A stretch of DNA of 25,265 nucleotides, taken from IMG/VR virus record IMGVR_UViG_3300015157_000044; one strand, given 5' to 3'. The DNA comes from a virus (Duplodnaviria > Heunggongvirae > Uroviricota > Caudoviricetes). Below are positions 8,716-18,471 of this stretch, one piece after another. Under the pieces are notes generated by a model. The model ran no database searches, had not been told where the DNA came from, and saw nothing but the letters and a program-made list of their open reading frames with translations. Positions within the stretch are counted from its first letter, which is position 1. Each line of letters opens with the position of its first letter. The position numbers and the translations under genes were made by a program.

Positions 8716-10211
8716 TATGCGGACTCCTCTGAATACTGAAGACGGAACTGGTTAACCACGGCAAAGACACGCAACTGGTTAACATAGTCAGGCGGGAACA
8801 GCGTGTTCAGGCGGTTCGGATCGCTGGCATCACGCTCCACAACCAGGTACTGCTTAAACAGTTCGTAGTTTTCCACGATCCCCGCACGCTCAAGCTGACG
8901 GTAGGTTGCCAGCAGTTCCCCTTTGATCACCGCCGGGGTGACAATCGCCTGACCGGGACCAAAGCGGGTACCGTCACTGGCAAGCTTGTGACGCCCGTAC
9001 TTACTGGTAATGACGGATTTCAGTTTGCGCAGTACATACGCGCTGGTATGCAGAGTCTCACTGTCGAGGTAGCTGTTATCCGCAACCCCGTAAGCGTTTT
9101 TCCTGTACGTGGTGACATCACGCTGAATGCGTAGTACCCCGCTTTCGACATACGCCGTTGCCACGCCATGAGACAGCAGGGTCTGTTGTTCGGTCATCGT
9201 GAACCGTTTCCCCTTCGGCGCAGGCAGCATACCCACCAGCTCACCGGTCTGCGTGGGACGTGCCGGATCGTTGCGAATAAACACCGCTGCGCGGGCGGTA
9301 CGGCTTGCCGCCAGTTCGTCGGCAGGCGTCTGGGTCTCTTTTTCGTACCCCGCCAGGGTAATGTGCTGCTGGTTAAACTGGTCACCTGCGGTCACCAGTT
9401 CTGACAGCGTGCCGATCTTTGCCGTATACACATGACCATACAGCTGACGCGCATAGCTCCAGCGACCGCTGGTATCGTTCATCTCGGTCACCAGCGTGTT
9501 AACGGAGGCCGTGTCGTTGAACGGCAGGCCGATATAATCAAACGGCTCATCCGCCATTGCAGCCACCGCGCCGGTGAGAACCGGAGCACCCGTTCCGGCG
9601 GTACCCGTCGCCACGGCAATCTGTACGCCCGCTGGCAGCACTTCGCCCCCACCAAAGCCGTAGTAATTGAGGCTGACAGGAATTTCATTCCCGCAAAGCC
9701 CCTTATGACGCGCGGTCAGTGTGACCACGCCTGCCGAAGATGAAGCCGTAAACGGCAGGGTCGGAACGGCATTGATGGCATCCTGGATACTGCTGGCAAT
9801 CGTCGTGACGTTATCGCCGTTGGTCACCGGAGCCTGCACGCGGGTACGTCCCACATAGATATTCACCGTGCCGCTTTCGGTTGCTTCCCCGGTCACCGTC
9901 AGCGTAACCGTTGCCGCCGCGCCTGTGGCTTCCGGAACGGCAATCACATACAGCTCACCAAACGGGTCGGTCTGGCGATAAGCCTCGACCATACGCGCCA
10001 GCTGACTTCCCGCACCACAAATCTGGCGTGCATAGTCTGCCGATGGCATCAGCACCAGACTGTTGGCAACAATCTCTGCACCGTTATTGGCATGACCAAT
10101 CAGCAGCGATGCTCCGCTGTCCTGTGCAGTATTCGCCGCCTGGTTATCCATTTCCGCATAAAACAACGGAACCAGCGTATTCGACGGAATGGTGTTAAAG
10201 CTTATCGTCAT
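8715..10211 (-). CDS. Contractile tail sheath protein (Mu gpL-like)
   Basis: 498 aa ORF followed by the tube gene; size and order are typical of myovirus sheath proteins. Confidence 0.8.
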   Translation of the reverse strand: MTISFNTIPSNTLVPLFYAEMDNQAANTAQDSGASLLIGHANNGAEIVANSLVLMPSADYARQICGAGSQLARMVEAYRQTDPFGELYVIAVPEATGAAATVTLTVTGEATESGTVNIYVGRTRVQAPVTNGDNVTTIASSIQDAINAVPTLPFTASSSAGVVTLTARHKGLCGNEIPVSLNYYGFGGGEVLPAGVQIAVATGTAGTGAPVLTGAVAAMADEPFDYIGLPFNDTASVNTLVTEMNDTSGRWSYARQLYGHVYTAKIGTLSELVTAGDQFNQQHITLAGYEKETQTPADELAASRTARAAVFIRNDPARPTQTGELVGMLPAPKGKRFTMTEQQTLLSHGVATAYVESGVLRIQRDVTTYRKNAYGVADNSYLDSETLHTSAYVLRKLKSVITSKYGRHKLASDGTRFGPGQAIVTPAVIKGELLATYRQLERAGIVENYELFKQYLVVERDASDPNRLNTLFPPDYVNQLRVFAVVNQFRLQYSEESA

Positions 10212-10365
10212 CGGTATTCACCTTTTTATTCACGCGCCGGATATCACCCGCTGCTTCACGGCGCAGCCAGTAGTTGTTCTCGTCAACATTTCGCCCTTCG
10301 GCGGGCAAAAGGTCGCCGCGGGCAGGATCAGGAACTGACCGCCCTTTAACAGGTTTGACAAACAT
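10195..10365 (-). CDS. Small conserved phage protein preceding the sheath gene (DUF2635-like position)
   Basis: Manually found 56 aa ORF (MFVKPVKGRSVPDPARGDLLPAEGRNVDENNYWLRREAAGDIRRVNKKVNTDDDKL), below the ORF-track cutoff. GAGGA Shine-Dalgarno 6 nt upstream of ATG 10365; its stop overlaps the sheath start. Confidence 0.45.
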   Translation of the reverse strand: MFVKPVKGRSVPDPARGDLLPAEGRNVDENNYWLRREAAGDIRRVNKKVNTDDDKL

Positions 10366-10373
10366 GAGGATCC

Positions 10374-10934
10374 TCAGGAAGGAAGGGTTATTTCGGTGTG
10401 ATGTTCGATATCGCCGTCAGGCCCGTTACCGGGATCGAGATAATCAACATCAATCGCCAGCGTTCGCAGTTCATCCAGACTGTTCAGGTCATCCTGCTGG
10501 CGGGTATCGTCTTCGGTCAGCTCGCTGATGACCGAAAAATCGAACTGATAAATCAGCTCATGACGATTCAGATCCAGCAGCGTGCCGCCGTCATAGTTAA
10601 TCGGGTTACCGCACTCTTCCGGGTTCCAGCCCAGCAGGGCCTTAAAGAGCATCTGCCGGACATCGTCCACCACATCATACGAAGCAAACTGACCGCGCTC
10701 ATCACGCCCGTTACTCAGTATGACAACCACGGAGAAGCCCTCTTTCAGCTCCTGCCAGTAGTCGGTCTGGCTTTTATTTTCTCCCGGAGAATCATCACCC
10801 GGTACCACATACGCCGCCGGGAGTCTCAGCTTTCCGACCTCCGGCAGATTTTTGAACTGTGCCGCGCCTGCCACCCGGTTTTCAAAATACGGGCAGCGGG
10901 CACGCAGCGCAGCAATAACAGGCGTCAGTTTCAT
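10374..10934 (-). CDS. Neck/tail terminator-type protein (Mu gp37-like)
   Basis: 186 aa ORF between the head-tail joining genes and the sheath gene, with ATGA overlap to the upstream gene; assignment is by position and size. Confidence 0.45.
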   Translation of the reverse strand: MKLTPVIAALRARCPYFENRVAGAAQFKNLPEVGKLRLPAAYVVPGDDSPGENKSQTDYWQELKEGFSVVVILSNGRDERGQFASYDVVDDVRQMLFKALLGWNPEECGNPINYDGGTLLDLNRHELIYQFDFSVISELTEDDTRQQDDLNSLDELRTLAIDVDYLDPGNGPDGDIEHHTEITLPS

Positions 10935-11437
10935 CTGTGTCGTCGCTCCGGCTTCAGTGATTTACGCAATTCCCGCGCCAGAAAATAGCGTGTCCAGCTG
11001 CGGTTCTTTTCAAGAGTTTCCACCATGAAGTTATTACGTGGAGCCAGTCGCCAGCCACTGCCACCGGATGCACCACGATGATGACTACGACGACGTTTTG
11101 CTCCTCCCCGGACACCAAAAAACAGAAACGCCGGATAGAAGTCACCAGAGATCATCCGGTTCCCCTTCCCGTTGCGCTGGTTAGGGGCAATGCGTGTCAT
11201 AAAACCGGCTCGCTTTTTACTGGCTCTCGGCACCATGTAACCAATCGAACGAGCCAGGCGTCCGGTCTGATAACCGGGGTTTTCACCCGGTGCCGACCGC
11301 GCACGGCGCATCACCAGCCGACGGGCATCACGCATATGACGCTGTCCAATCGTGACAAACGCCCGCCGGACACGGGCGCGGTTAAAGCGCATCTCCGCGG
11401 GCTGCTGAACATCAACGTGAAAAAAGGGAGTCGCCAT
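10931..11437 (-). CDS. Virion morphogenesis / tail completion protein (HK97 gp10-like), highly basic
   Basis: 168 aa Arg/Lys-rich ORF in the head-tail joining block. Confidence 0.45.
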   Translation of the reverse strand: MATPFFHVDVQQPAEMRFNRARVRRAFVTIGQRHMRDARRLVMRRARSAPGENPGYQTGRLARSIGYMVPRASKKRAGFMTRIAPNQRNGKGNRMISGDFYPAFLFFGVRGGAKRRRSHHRGASGGSGWRLAPRNNFMVETLEKNRSWTRYFLARELRKSLKPERRHR

Positions 11438-11822
11438 TGCTGCCTCCGTGACTCTGCGTAAATTCGCCCAGTTCCGTACACTCCAGCAGCAGAAAGCGCC
11501 GCGCCCCGTTCAGATCGCGCTGACGTTTCACCCGGTACACACTGTCATCACAGACCACCTCATAATCAGCAGTGATCCCGCGGCGGTAGCGAATGGTGAT
11601 GTAATGGGTGATGGCATCTCCGGTCTGCGCGGTTTCCTGCCAGGTGGTGGCACTGGTCTGGATAACCTTCGCCCATGCCCGGAACGCAACCGGGTATTGA
11701 GGCTCCACGCCAAAGTTATCCGCGGGCATATCCACCCGCTGGCGGATCAGGACGCGTTTATTCAGTTCGCCGGGGTCCGGCAGAATGTAGGTTGCGCTGG
11801 TCTGCGCCTGACGAGTTTTCAT
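11412..11822 (-). CDS. Head-tail adaptor / head closure protein
   Basis: 136 aa ORF following the gp6-like connector gene; size and order match the Phage_H_T_join family. Confidence 0.55.
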   Translation of the reverse strand: MKTRQAQTSATYILPDPGELNKRVLIRQRVDMPADNFGVEPQYPVAFRAWAKVIQTSATTWQETAQTGDAITHYITIRYRRGITADYEVVCDDSVYRVKRQRDLNGARRFLLLECTELGEFTQSHGGSNGDSLFSR

Positions 11823-12142
11823 TGCGGAAAGTACCTGTACGGGCCGACAAGCCAGCCAAAACTCTGCGGCATGTCGAGTTTCTCCACTTCCGTAACCGAC
11901 GAGCGGTTTTCGTAAAAATGGCTGATAAGCATCAGCATCCCCAGACGAATATCATCCGGCAGGTGCAGCCCGTCCGGATCGCTGTCCGGAATGGTTTCAT
12001 CCGGTGCATAGAGCTTCCGGTTCAGATACGTTTCCGTCCGCTTTTGTGCCGCACATGCCAGCAGTTGCAGATGGCGGTCATCAGTATCGAAATCCTCATC
12101 CAGCCGGAGTTGGGCTTTAATCTCTTCCATTGTCAGAAGCAT
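11819..12142 (-). CDS. Head-tail connector protein (HK97 gp6-like)
   Basis: 107 aa acidic ORF, first gene after the major capsid region; GAGGG Shine-Dalgarno upstream of the ATG. Confidence 0.6.
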   Translation of the reverse strand: MLLTMEEIKAQLRLDEDFDTDDRHLQLLACAAQKRTETYLNRKLYAPDETIPDSDPDGLHLPDDIRLGMLMLISHFYENRSSVTEVEKLDMPQSFGWLVGPYRYFPQ

Positions 12143-12368
12143 ACTCAGCCCTCTTTACTGGTCGTGGCTTTTTTCTCTTTTGCCGCTTTACTGCTTTTTG
12201 CACTGATTCCGCGCTCTGCTAACCCGGCCTGAAGTGCAATCTCCTGCACCCGGGGCAGGAAGCGCCCAGTCGTCATACTCACCGGCCAGAATGACCTCAA
12301 CACGCATACCGTCCGGTGACCATTTCAGATCTTGTTTCAGGATCATGATTCTTCACCCGTCAGAACAG

Positions 12369-12388
12369 GGGGCGCGGTTCCGCGCCCC
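12369..12388 (-). other. Stable GC-rich hairpin 8 nt downstream of the major capsid stop codon
   Basis: 9-bp all-G/C stem (GGGGCGCGG / CCGCGCCCC) with a 2-nt loop; no clear U-tract follows on the minus strand. Confidence 0.5.
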
Positions 12389-12395
12389 TGAGTGA

Positions 12396-13601
12396 TTACG
12401 CCGCTGCAATCTTCAGCAGTTTGATGGCCTGCGAATCGACCAGCATCCCGCCGGTGCGCTTGGTGGTATAAAAACCGACAAACGGTTTATTGGTGTACGG
12501 GTCACGCAGAATGCGGGTGCCGATACGGTCAACGATGGTGTAACCCCGTTTGAAGTTACCAAATGCAATGGCTTTCGCATCAGCGGCGATATCCGGCATC
12601 TGTTCGTTTTCAGCGATACCGTAACCCGCCAGAGAGGACGGCTGCCCCAGTTCCAGCCCCGGACGCCACAGATAGTTACCCTCGGTGTCTTTCAGCAAAC
12701 GGATGGCAAACAGGCTGTTGTTGTTCATCATGAACTTCGCGCCGGTGCGGTGTGCCTTTCGCAGCGTGTAAATCAGTTTGATAATGGCGTCTGCGGTCAC
12801 CGCGGTCGCTTCGCCGGATACAATATGCTGAAGTTTGCCGAACGCCCGGACCTTGTCGGTTTCATCAGTGGATTCATACGCCAGGAACCCTTTCGGCTTC
12901 TTGGTGCCATCGCCTGAGGTAAAGGCAATTTCTTCCTGTTCGGCAAATTCGGTTGCCAGCTCGCTGTTGATCCAGGCCTCCACGTTGAAGAAGGCATCGT
13001 CCAGCATTTTCTGGGTAGCCTGCGGGTTGCCGTAGATTTCCCCCATGAGAGGTTCAATCAGCTCCAGTCTGGAGGTGGCAGTCTGGGATCGCGTATCCGT
13101 TTCCCCCACCCATCCGGAAGCCGTACCGCCCAGATTCACCAGTTTTTTGTAGTCGGAACCGCCAACGGTGATCACCGTGGCTTCCTGACGCATCACCACT
13201 TCATCTTTCAGCAGGTTAAGAATGTTGCGATCCAGTTCTTCCGGCACGGCGTAGCCACCGTCTTCATCGGTACCCACCTGCAATGCCTTACGCTCCAGAT
13301 CGCGCAGACCGTCTTCACGGCCTTTACGCAGGAAGCCCACAAACGCTTCTTTATGCTCGGTGGCCAGTTTATTTTGCGCACCACCTGCCGGACGTTTCAG
13401 CTCAAGCAGCTCTTTTTCAAGATCGCTTTTGAGGTTTTCCAGCTCGCTGAGTTTCCCGTTCAGGGTTTCCACCTGCCCGGCAAGCTTGCCTTTTTCCTGC
13501 TCAATCGCATCCACGCGCTTGTCGTTCTTTGCTTTGAAGTCGTCAAACTTCTGCTGCAGCTCCTGCGCGACCTGTTCGACATCTTTAATATCAACCGCCA
13601 T
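12396..13601 (-). CDS. Major capsid protein, HK97 family (with N-terminal delta/scaffold domain)
   Basis: 401 aa ORF after the prohead protease gene; N-terminal ~100 aa is coiled-coil-like (KLAGQVETLNGKLSELENLKSDLEKELLELK), as in HK97-type capsid precursors. Confidence 0.85.
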   Translation of the reverse strand: MAVDIKDVEQVAQELQQKFDDFKAKNDKRVDAIEQEKGKLAGQVETLNGKLSELENLKSDLEKELLELKRPAGGAQNKLATEHKEAFVGFLRKGREDGLRDLERKALQVGTDEDGGYAVPEELDRNILNLLKDEVVMRQEATVITVGGSDYKKLVNLGGTASGWVGETDTRSQTATSRLELIEPLMGEIYGNPQATQKMLDDAFFNVEAWINSELATEFAEQEEIAFTSGDGTKKPKGFLAYESTDETDKVRAFGKLQHIVSGEATAVTADAIIKLIYTLRKAHRTGAKFMMNNNSLFAIRLLKDTEGNYLWRPGLELGQPSSLAGYGIAENEQMPDIAADAKAIAFGNFKRGYTIVDRIGTRILRDPYTNKPFVGFYTTKRTGGMLVDSQAIKLLKIAAA

Positions 13602-13615
13602 CGTATTTCTCCTGA

Positions 13616-14266
13616 TTAGAAGTTCAGATTTTTCAGTGCATTCAGTGCAGAGCCCACATCCTCAGCGTCGCGCAGGGACAGTGCGCCATAGCCCCCGGCC
13701 ATGAATGCTTTGGCCTGGGTACGGGAGAGTCCGACATCACGCAGGACTCTTTCGATTTTTTTCTGTTCGGGGATTTCCCCGCGGGCCAGTGCGTTCTTGA
13801 CGTCGCTGATCCGCGCCTCGTCGTTAGACGGGAACGTCACCAGGCTGACTTCCCAGAGGTCGATTTCTTTCAGCAGAAAGGCTTCTTTGCTCCGGTCGTA
13901 TTCCCAGTCTTTCAGGACGTACCCAATAGAAAGGCCGGTTAACGAACCGGCCTTCATGTGTGCATGTGCGCGTTTTGCGAGGGGATCATCATCAATAAGC
14001 AACCGTCCCCTGACGTAAAGCCCGACATCGTCTTCCTTCATTTCGGTGTAAACACCGATGGGTTCATCCATGCGGTGCTGCCAGAGCAGCGCAGGTAACG
14101 CTTTTCTGTCACTCCACGCCCGCAGGGAAGCAGCAAATGCCCCGGACATCACCACATCATCGTGGCTGTCCTTTACACCAAAGACGGAGCCATACCCTTC
14201 AAACTCACCGGAGTCACTGACAGATTTCAGACTCAGCGGTACATCAAGACGTTGTTTCGTCTGCAT
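13616..14266 (-). CDS. Prohead protease (HK97 family, S78/U35 type)
   Basis: ORF 13616..14302 in the track; likely start is ATG 14266 (AAGGA Shine-Dalgarno upstream), overlapping the portal 3' end. It sits between the portal and capsid genes. Confidence 0.8.
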   Translation of the reverse strand: MQTKQRLDVPLSLKSVSDSGEFEGYGSVFGVKDSHDDVVMSGAFAASLRAWSDRKALPALLWQHRMDEPIGVYTEMKEDDVGLYVRGRLLIDDDPLAKRAHAHMKAGSLTGLSIGYVLKDWEYDRSKEAFLLKEIDLWEVSLVTFPSNDEARISDVKNALARGEIPEQKKIERVLRDVGLSRTQAKAFMAGGYGALSLRDAEDVGSALNALKNLNF

Positions 14267-15485
14267 TGGCGTTATCCTTCTGCTTACCGGCTTTACTGCC
14301 ATCGGAGGGCTTCGTGGTCATGTTCATCGGTGTGAGATAGACATCACCACCGGGACGCGGATTCATATCTTCCAGGTCGCGGCAGTCATTGGGAGAGTAA
14401 ATTCCCCAGTTGATCCCGGTGGCGTAGGCTTCAAAACGGGACTTCATATCCCCGCGCAGTAACGCCCCGGCGTTAAATTTGGCGTAATAAACGCCCTGCT
14501 TACTTTTTCGTACCAGTCCGGTGTTGATCCGCTGTTCGATGCGGGTCAGATACGGCACCAGTGAATAGTTGATAAATCCCAGCCCCAGCTCTTCGATATT
14601 GTTGAAGGTGGCGCGATCGGTGTTCTGCACCATGTGCAACGGCACCCGGAACAGACGACAGATTTCTTCAAGCTGAAACTTGCGGGTTTCCAGGAACTGG
14701 CTGTCCTCGGCGTTCAGCGCCATCGACTTCCAGTCCAGCCCCATCTCAAGGATCATCGGGCGGTGAGCATTGCCAAGCCCGGTGTGACGCTCCTCAAAAT
14801 CTTTCTTCAGGCGCTCATAAGCCTGATCTGACAGCGTCTGCTCTGTACGCAACACACCCGACGTCACCGCGCCATTGCTGAACAGTCTGGCCCCGTGCTC
14901 TTCGGTCGCTGCCGCCAGCGATATTGCCTCGCGGGCATAGGCGATGGGATTCAGCCCCACCAGTCCGTCCAGCGTCAGCGTGCGCACATGCCAGATATCC
15001 TCCTGGCTCAGTACATCCGTGGAGCCATCCGGGAATGTGACCTGATAGACCGGCTCCCAGCGACTGTTAAGCTTCGGTACCACACAGCCGGGATCGACGG
15101 GCAGCAGTTCAGCCACTTCGCCAAATGCTTTCACTTTGTAGGCGTAAAAGTTTCCCCGCAGACACAGACAGGTGACCACCAGCTCCCAGAACTCCTGCGG
15201 CGTCATATAGCCATTGGGATGCGTGGAGATCAGCTTATGCAGACGTTCGCCAGTGGCTCTCTGCTTCAGGCTGCCGTTCAGGTGATACAGGTTGCAGGGC
15301 AACATCCCGACCGACTCCGCCAGCACCCTGACACAGGAAAAAACCGCCGTCAGTCGCATGGCCCGCTGGCTGCTGATCTGCTTTCCGGTATAGGTGTCGT
15401 AGGACAACCCGATAGCATCCGCCAGCTCTGCTGGCGTGGTCACCGGTGCGTCACTTTTTCGTTGAAATAATCCCGAAAAGAACAC
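14244..15485 (-). CDS. Portal protein (HK97 family)
   Basis: 413 aa ORF downstream of the terminase large subunit and upstream of the protease. Confidence 0.85.
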   Translation of the reverse strand: MFFSGLFQRKSDAPVTTPAELADAIGLSYDTYTGKQISSQRAMRLTAVFSCVRVLAESVGMLPCNLYHLNGSLKQRATGERLHKLISTHPNGYMTPQEFWELVVTCLCLRGNFYAYKVKAFGEVAELLPVDPGCVVPKLNSRWEPVYQVTFPDGSTDVLSQEDIWHVRTLTLDGLVGLNPIAYAREAISLAAATEEHGARLFSNGAVTSGVLRTEQTLSDQAYERLKKDFEERHTGLGNAHRPMILEMGLDWKSMALNAEDSQFLETRKFQLEEICRLFRVPLHMVQNTDRATFNNIEELGLGFINYSLVPYLTRIEQRINTGLVRKSKQGVYYAKFNAGALLRGDMKSRFEAYATGINWGIYSPNDCRDLEDMNPRPGGDVYLTPMNMTTKPSDGSKAGKQKDNANADETTS

Positions 15486-15667
15486 TATTTACCTCCGCCG
15501 ACAGACGACTGTGTACGGTCGAGATATCGCGCCACCAGCCACGACCAGAACAGGCACAACGCCCCGGCAACAACAAACCCCGCCGGGGGATAAATCAGCC
15601 AGGCACCATACGCCAGCAAAAGCGCCCCCAGCACGCCCACCAGAGGCGCGAGAATCAGCATGATCAT
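15485..15667 (-). CDS. Small hydrophobic protein (two predicted transmembrane segments)
   Basis: 60 aa ORF ([49 protein letters not shown]...) filling the gap between terminase large subunit and portal on the coding strand; its stop overlaps the portal start. Confidence 0.4.
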
Positions 15668-15678
15668 AATTACCTCAG

Positions 15679-17412
15679 TTAAAGCGAGCGGATCCCATAG
15701 GACTCAATGTGGTCAGACAGCGTGTCTTCTTTCTCGTACAGCATGGCTCTGCCAACCGCCATAATCAGCGCAACTGCACCATCGATTTTGTTTTCCGCCT
15801 GCTCTTTGACGGGCTTCACCACATCATCGTTACCCGGAATGGTTTTGCCGACCACGTTGCCGATACACCAGGTCATGATGGGATTGCCATCATGATGAAA
15901 GCGCCCCGATTCAATTGCCGCTTCCAGCTCTTTCATCGGGTCGGACATGTTGGTGTAGTTCTGAATGATAGTGATGGGGTTCAGGTCTTCATCAGCAAGG
16001 TCATGTGACAACCCGGTCGCCCCGAAGGGGTCGATGGGTGACTCACTGACCGGGCTGATTTTGTTCGCCGCTTTGGCCTCCTCGAGGATGTAGCGATAAT
16101 CCACCTCCGCACCATCGGTAACGGTCAGAACGCCCATTTCCACCCATTTCTGAAAGCGTTCGGCTGTCCGTCGATCTTCATTTTTCTCGACGCTGTACAC
16201 CGTGTCATACGGTACCCAGAAACGCGGGGCCACACTGTAGTAATGCGTTTTACCGTCAATCTCGCGGGTATAAAGTCGCGCCATACTGTTCATATCCAGC
16301 TTACGCGCCAGGTCAAAGGCCAGAATGCACGGCTGCCCCTCGAACTGCTCAAGGGTCAGTGATTTATCCTCGCAGCTCTGCCAGCTCACCAGATTGAAAT
16401 ACGCCGAACGCGCCGACACCCAGATATTGAGGTGTTTTGTTTTAAAGACGTTTGCCAGACGGGCGTTATTTTTCGCACGCTGCTGCTGACTTAACAAAAA
16501 TTCGCGATAAACCGACACGCCAATATTTGGATTGGCTTTTTCCAGCACCTGCGGGTCGGTCCAGTCATCGCCTTCGTCAACGGTATAGATGATCCCGAAC
16601 AGTTCATCGTTGGGTACCGACCCGTTGAGCATCTCGATAACTTCCCGCCGCTTGTCGTAGCACGGCCCCTCAATGTTGTACCCGGCAGTAGTAATGGCCC
16701 ACATCAGTGGCTGACGTCGCGCCCCCATCCCGGTAAGCATCGTGGTGTAAAGCGCATCGGTGGCGTGCTCGTGATATTCATCCACCACCGCACAGTGGGG
16801 TGATGAACCATCACCGGGGTTACCGATCAGCGGTTCAAAACGCGCACCATCCTCCGGACGGTTCATGTTTGAGGCGTTAACCTCAATCCCGAACGCTTCC
16901 GTCAGCATGGGTGTGCGTTTACACATCAGTCTTGCCGGACGAAAGACTTCCCATGCCTGTTTCTCCGTCGTGGCACCGGAATACACTTCCGCGCCGAACT
17001 CGTTATCACAGGCAAAACAATACAGGGCGACACCGGCAGAGATTGCCGATTTGCCGTTCTTACGGGGGATTTCGGTATACACCTCACGGAAGCGGCGCAG
17101 CCGGGAGCCTTTATTGACCCAGCCAAACGCGCAGCAGATCACAAAGAGCTGCCACGGCTCCAGCGTGATGGGCATCCTCTTGAATGCCCACTCACCCTTG
17201 GTGTGCGGCAACAGCTGAATAAATTTGGCGGCCCGTTCAGCCAGGTCCTTGTCGAAGCGGTAACGAAACGACTTACTTTTTTCCGCCATCAGGTCATCAA
17301 GATGGCGCTGGCAGGCCTGAATCACAAACTGGCAGGCCACAATCTTTCCGCGCACGACATCACGGGCATACTGATTGGCTGCATTTACGTTGGGGTAAGA
17401 TTTCCGGCTCAT
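15679..17412 (-). CDS. Terminase large subunit
   Basis: 577 aa ORF with a Walker A-like motif ([10 protein letters not shown]); ATGA overlap with the terminase small subunit stop; followed by portal. Confidence 0.9.
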
Positions 17413-17903
17413 GATTCGATAATTTTCAGAAACGGGTTAGTGGCTTTCTTCTGCCCCGCCAGGCCAATCAGACGCTGGCGGCTGCTGGGGTCGAGTCCGA
17501 GCATTGCCCCCGTGCTGCTCATCTCGGACTCCTGTTCTTTCTTGGCGGTCAGCTCCGGATTTTTGACCATACCGCCCATTGCACCGGTGATGGTGTTGCC
17601 CTGGCTGGCAATATTTTTCACGGCACGTCGCCAGAACTCATAGGCTACGCACCACCGCTCAAGCACCGCGAGGTCAGTCACGCACAGCAGGCCCTGACCG
17701 CAGAGTTCTTTGGTTGTCAGTTGCCACATGATCGTGGCGAGAGGGAGATTTTCTTCTGCGAACCACTCCGGTGGCTCAACGCCTTTGATGGGCGTAAAAA
17801 CAGGTTCATCTTTGTTCAGGGCTCGCTTGCCGGGGTTTCCGGCCAGCGCCTTGCGCGCCGTTGGCTTGGGGCGACGCCCGGAACGCCCCGCCGTTCCAGC
17901 CAT
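17409..17903 (-). CDS. Terminase small subunit (P27-family type)
   Basis: ORF 17409..17912 in the track; likely start is ATG 17903 with AGGAG 9 nt upstream. Located between the HNH gene and the terminase large subunit. Confidence 0.75.
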   Translation of the reverse strand: MAGTAGRSGRRPKPTARKALAGNPGKRALNKDEPVFTPIKGVEPPEWFAEENLPLATIMWQLTTKELCGQGLLCVTDLAVLERWCVAYEFWRRAVKNIASQGNTITGAMGGMVKNPELTAKKEQESEMSSTGAMLGLDPSSRQRLIGLAGQKKATNPFLKIIES

Positions 17904-17953
17904 ATGCGGCACTCCTGGTTAAATTTCATTTTTCGCGGGTATAAAAAAACGAT

Positions 17954-18002
17954 GGGGCGGGCAGTCCGGAAGACGTCAGGCCGCAGGGATTTGACCCGCC
18001 CC
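17954..18002. other. Candidate cos / packaging-initiation region
   Basis: GC-rich inverted repeat GGGGCGGG (17954-17961) / CCCGCCCC (17995-18002) in the 116-bp gap between the HNH and terminase small subunit genes, where cos sites lie in HK97-like HNH-terminase phages. Confidence 0.3.
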
Positions 18003-18028
18003 TCCCCTCAGGCAGTTGAGAATTATTA

Positions 18029-18379
18029 TCACTTCAACCGTTCACGGGCCGTCTTCGCCTTATGACACGGCCAGCACAGACTCTGCAGATTACAGTCGGC
18101 ATCAGTGCCGCCATGCGCTTTAGGGATGATGTGGTCAACAGTTTTCGCCTCACGCACCACACCAGCACGCAGACATAGCTGACACAGGCCTTTGTCACGC
18201 TTCAGGACACGCACGCGGATAACATCCCACTTCGAACCATAACCGCGCTGATGACGAGATTGTCCTGGCTTGTATTGCTTCCAGCCTTCGCTTTTATGGC
18301 TTTCGCAGTAGCCTGACGGGTCCGTGGTTGTAGAGCGGCAGCCGCGAATACGGCAGGCCTTTGGGATTCGCGGGGGCAT
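18029..18379 (-). CDS. HNH endonuclease (terminase-associated)
   Basis: 116 aa ORF with Cys/His clusters (CRIRGC ... CQLCLRAG ... VDHIIPKAHGG ... CWPCHKAK) immediately upstream of the terminase small subunit. Confidence 0.85.
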   Translation of the reverse strand: MPPRIPKACRIRGCRSTTTDPSGYCESHKSEGWKQYKPGQSRHQRGYGSKWDVIRVRVLKRDKGLCQLCLRAGVVREAKTVDHIIPKAHGGTDADCNLQSLCWPCHKAKTARERLK

Positions 18380-18430
18380 TAATCTTTCCCCTTAATTTAT
18401 TACTATGAGGCAGACCACAGAGATCGTAAT

Positions 18431-18454
18431 AAAAAAACCGCCCGAAGGCGGTTT
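18431..18454 (-). terminator. Rho-independent terminator (minus strand)
   Basis: Stem CCGCC/GGCGG (18438-18442 / 18447-18451) with a 4-nt loop, followed on the minus strand by a T7 run (plus A-run 18431-18437). Lies 17 nt after the stop of the small gene at 18472. Confidence 0.65.
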
Positions 18455-18471
18455 AAAGTACGGTTCGCATT

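Noticed and set aside
12369-12388. The post-capsid hairpin as a complete intrinsic terminator
   Set aside because: It lacks a U-tract on the coding strand and the downstream connector genes must be transcribed, so it is reported only as a possible attenuator or stabiliser.
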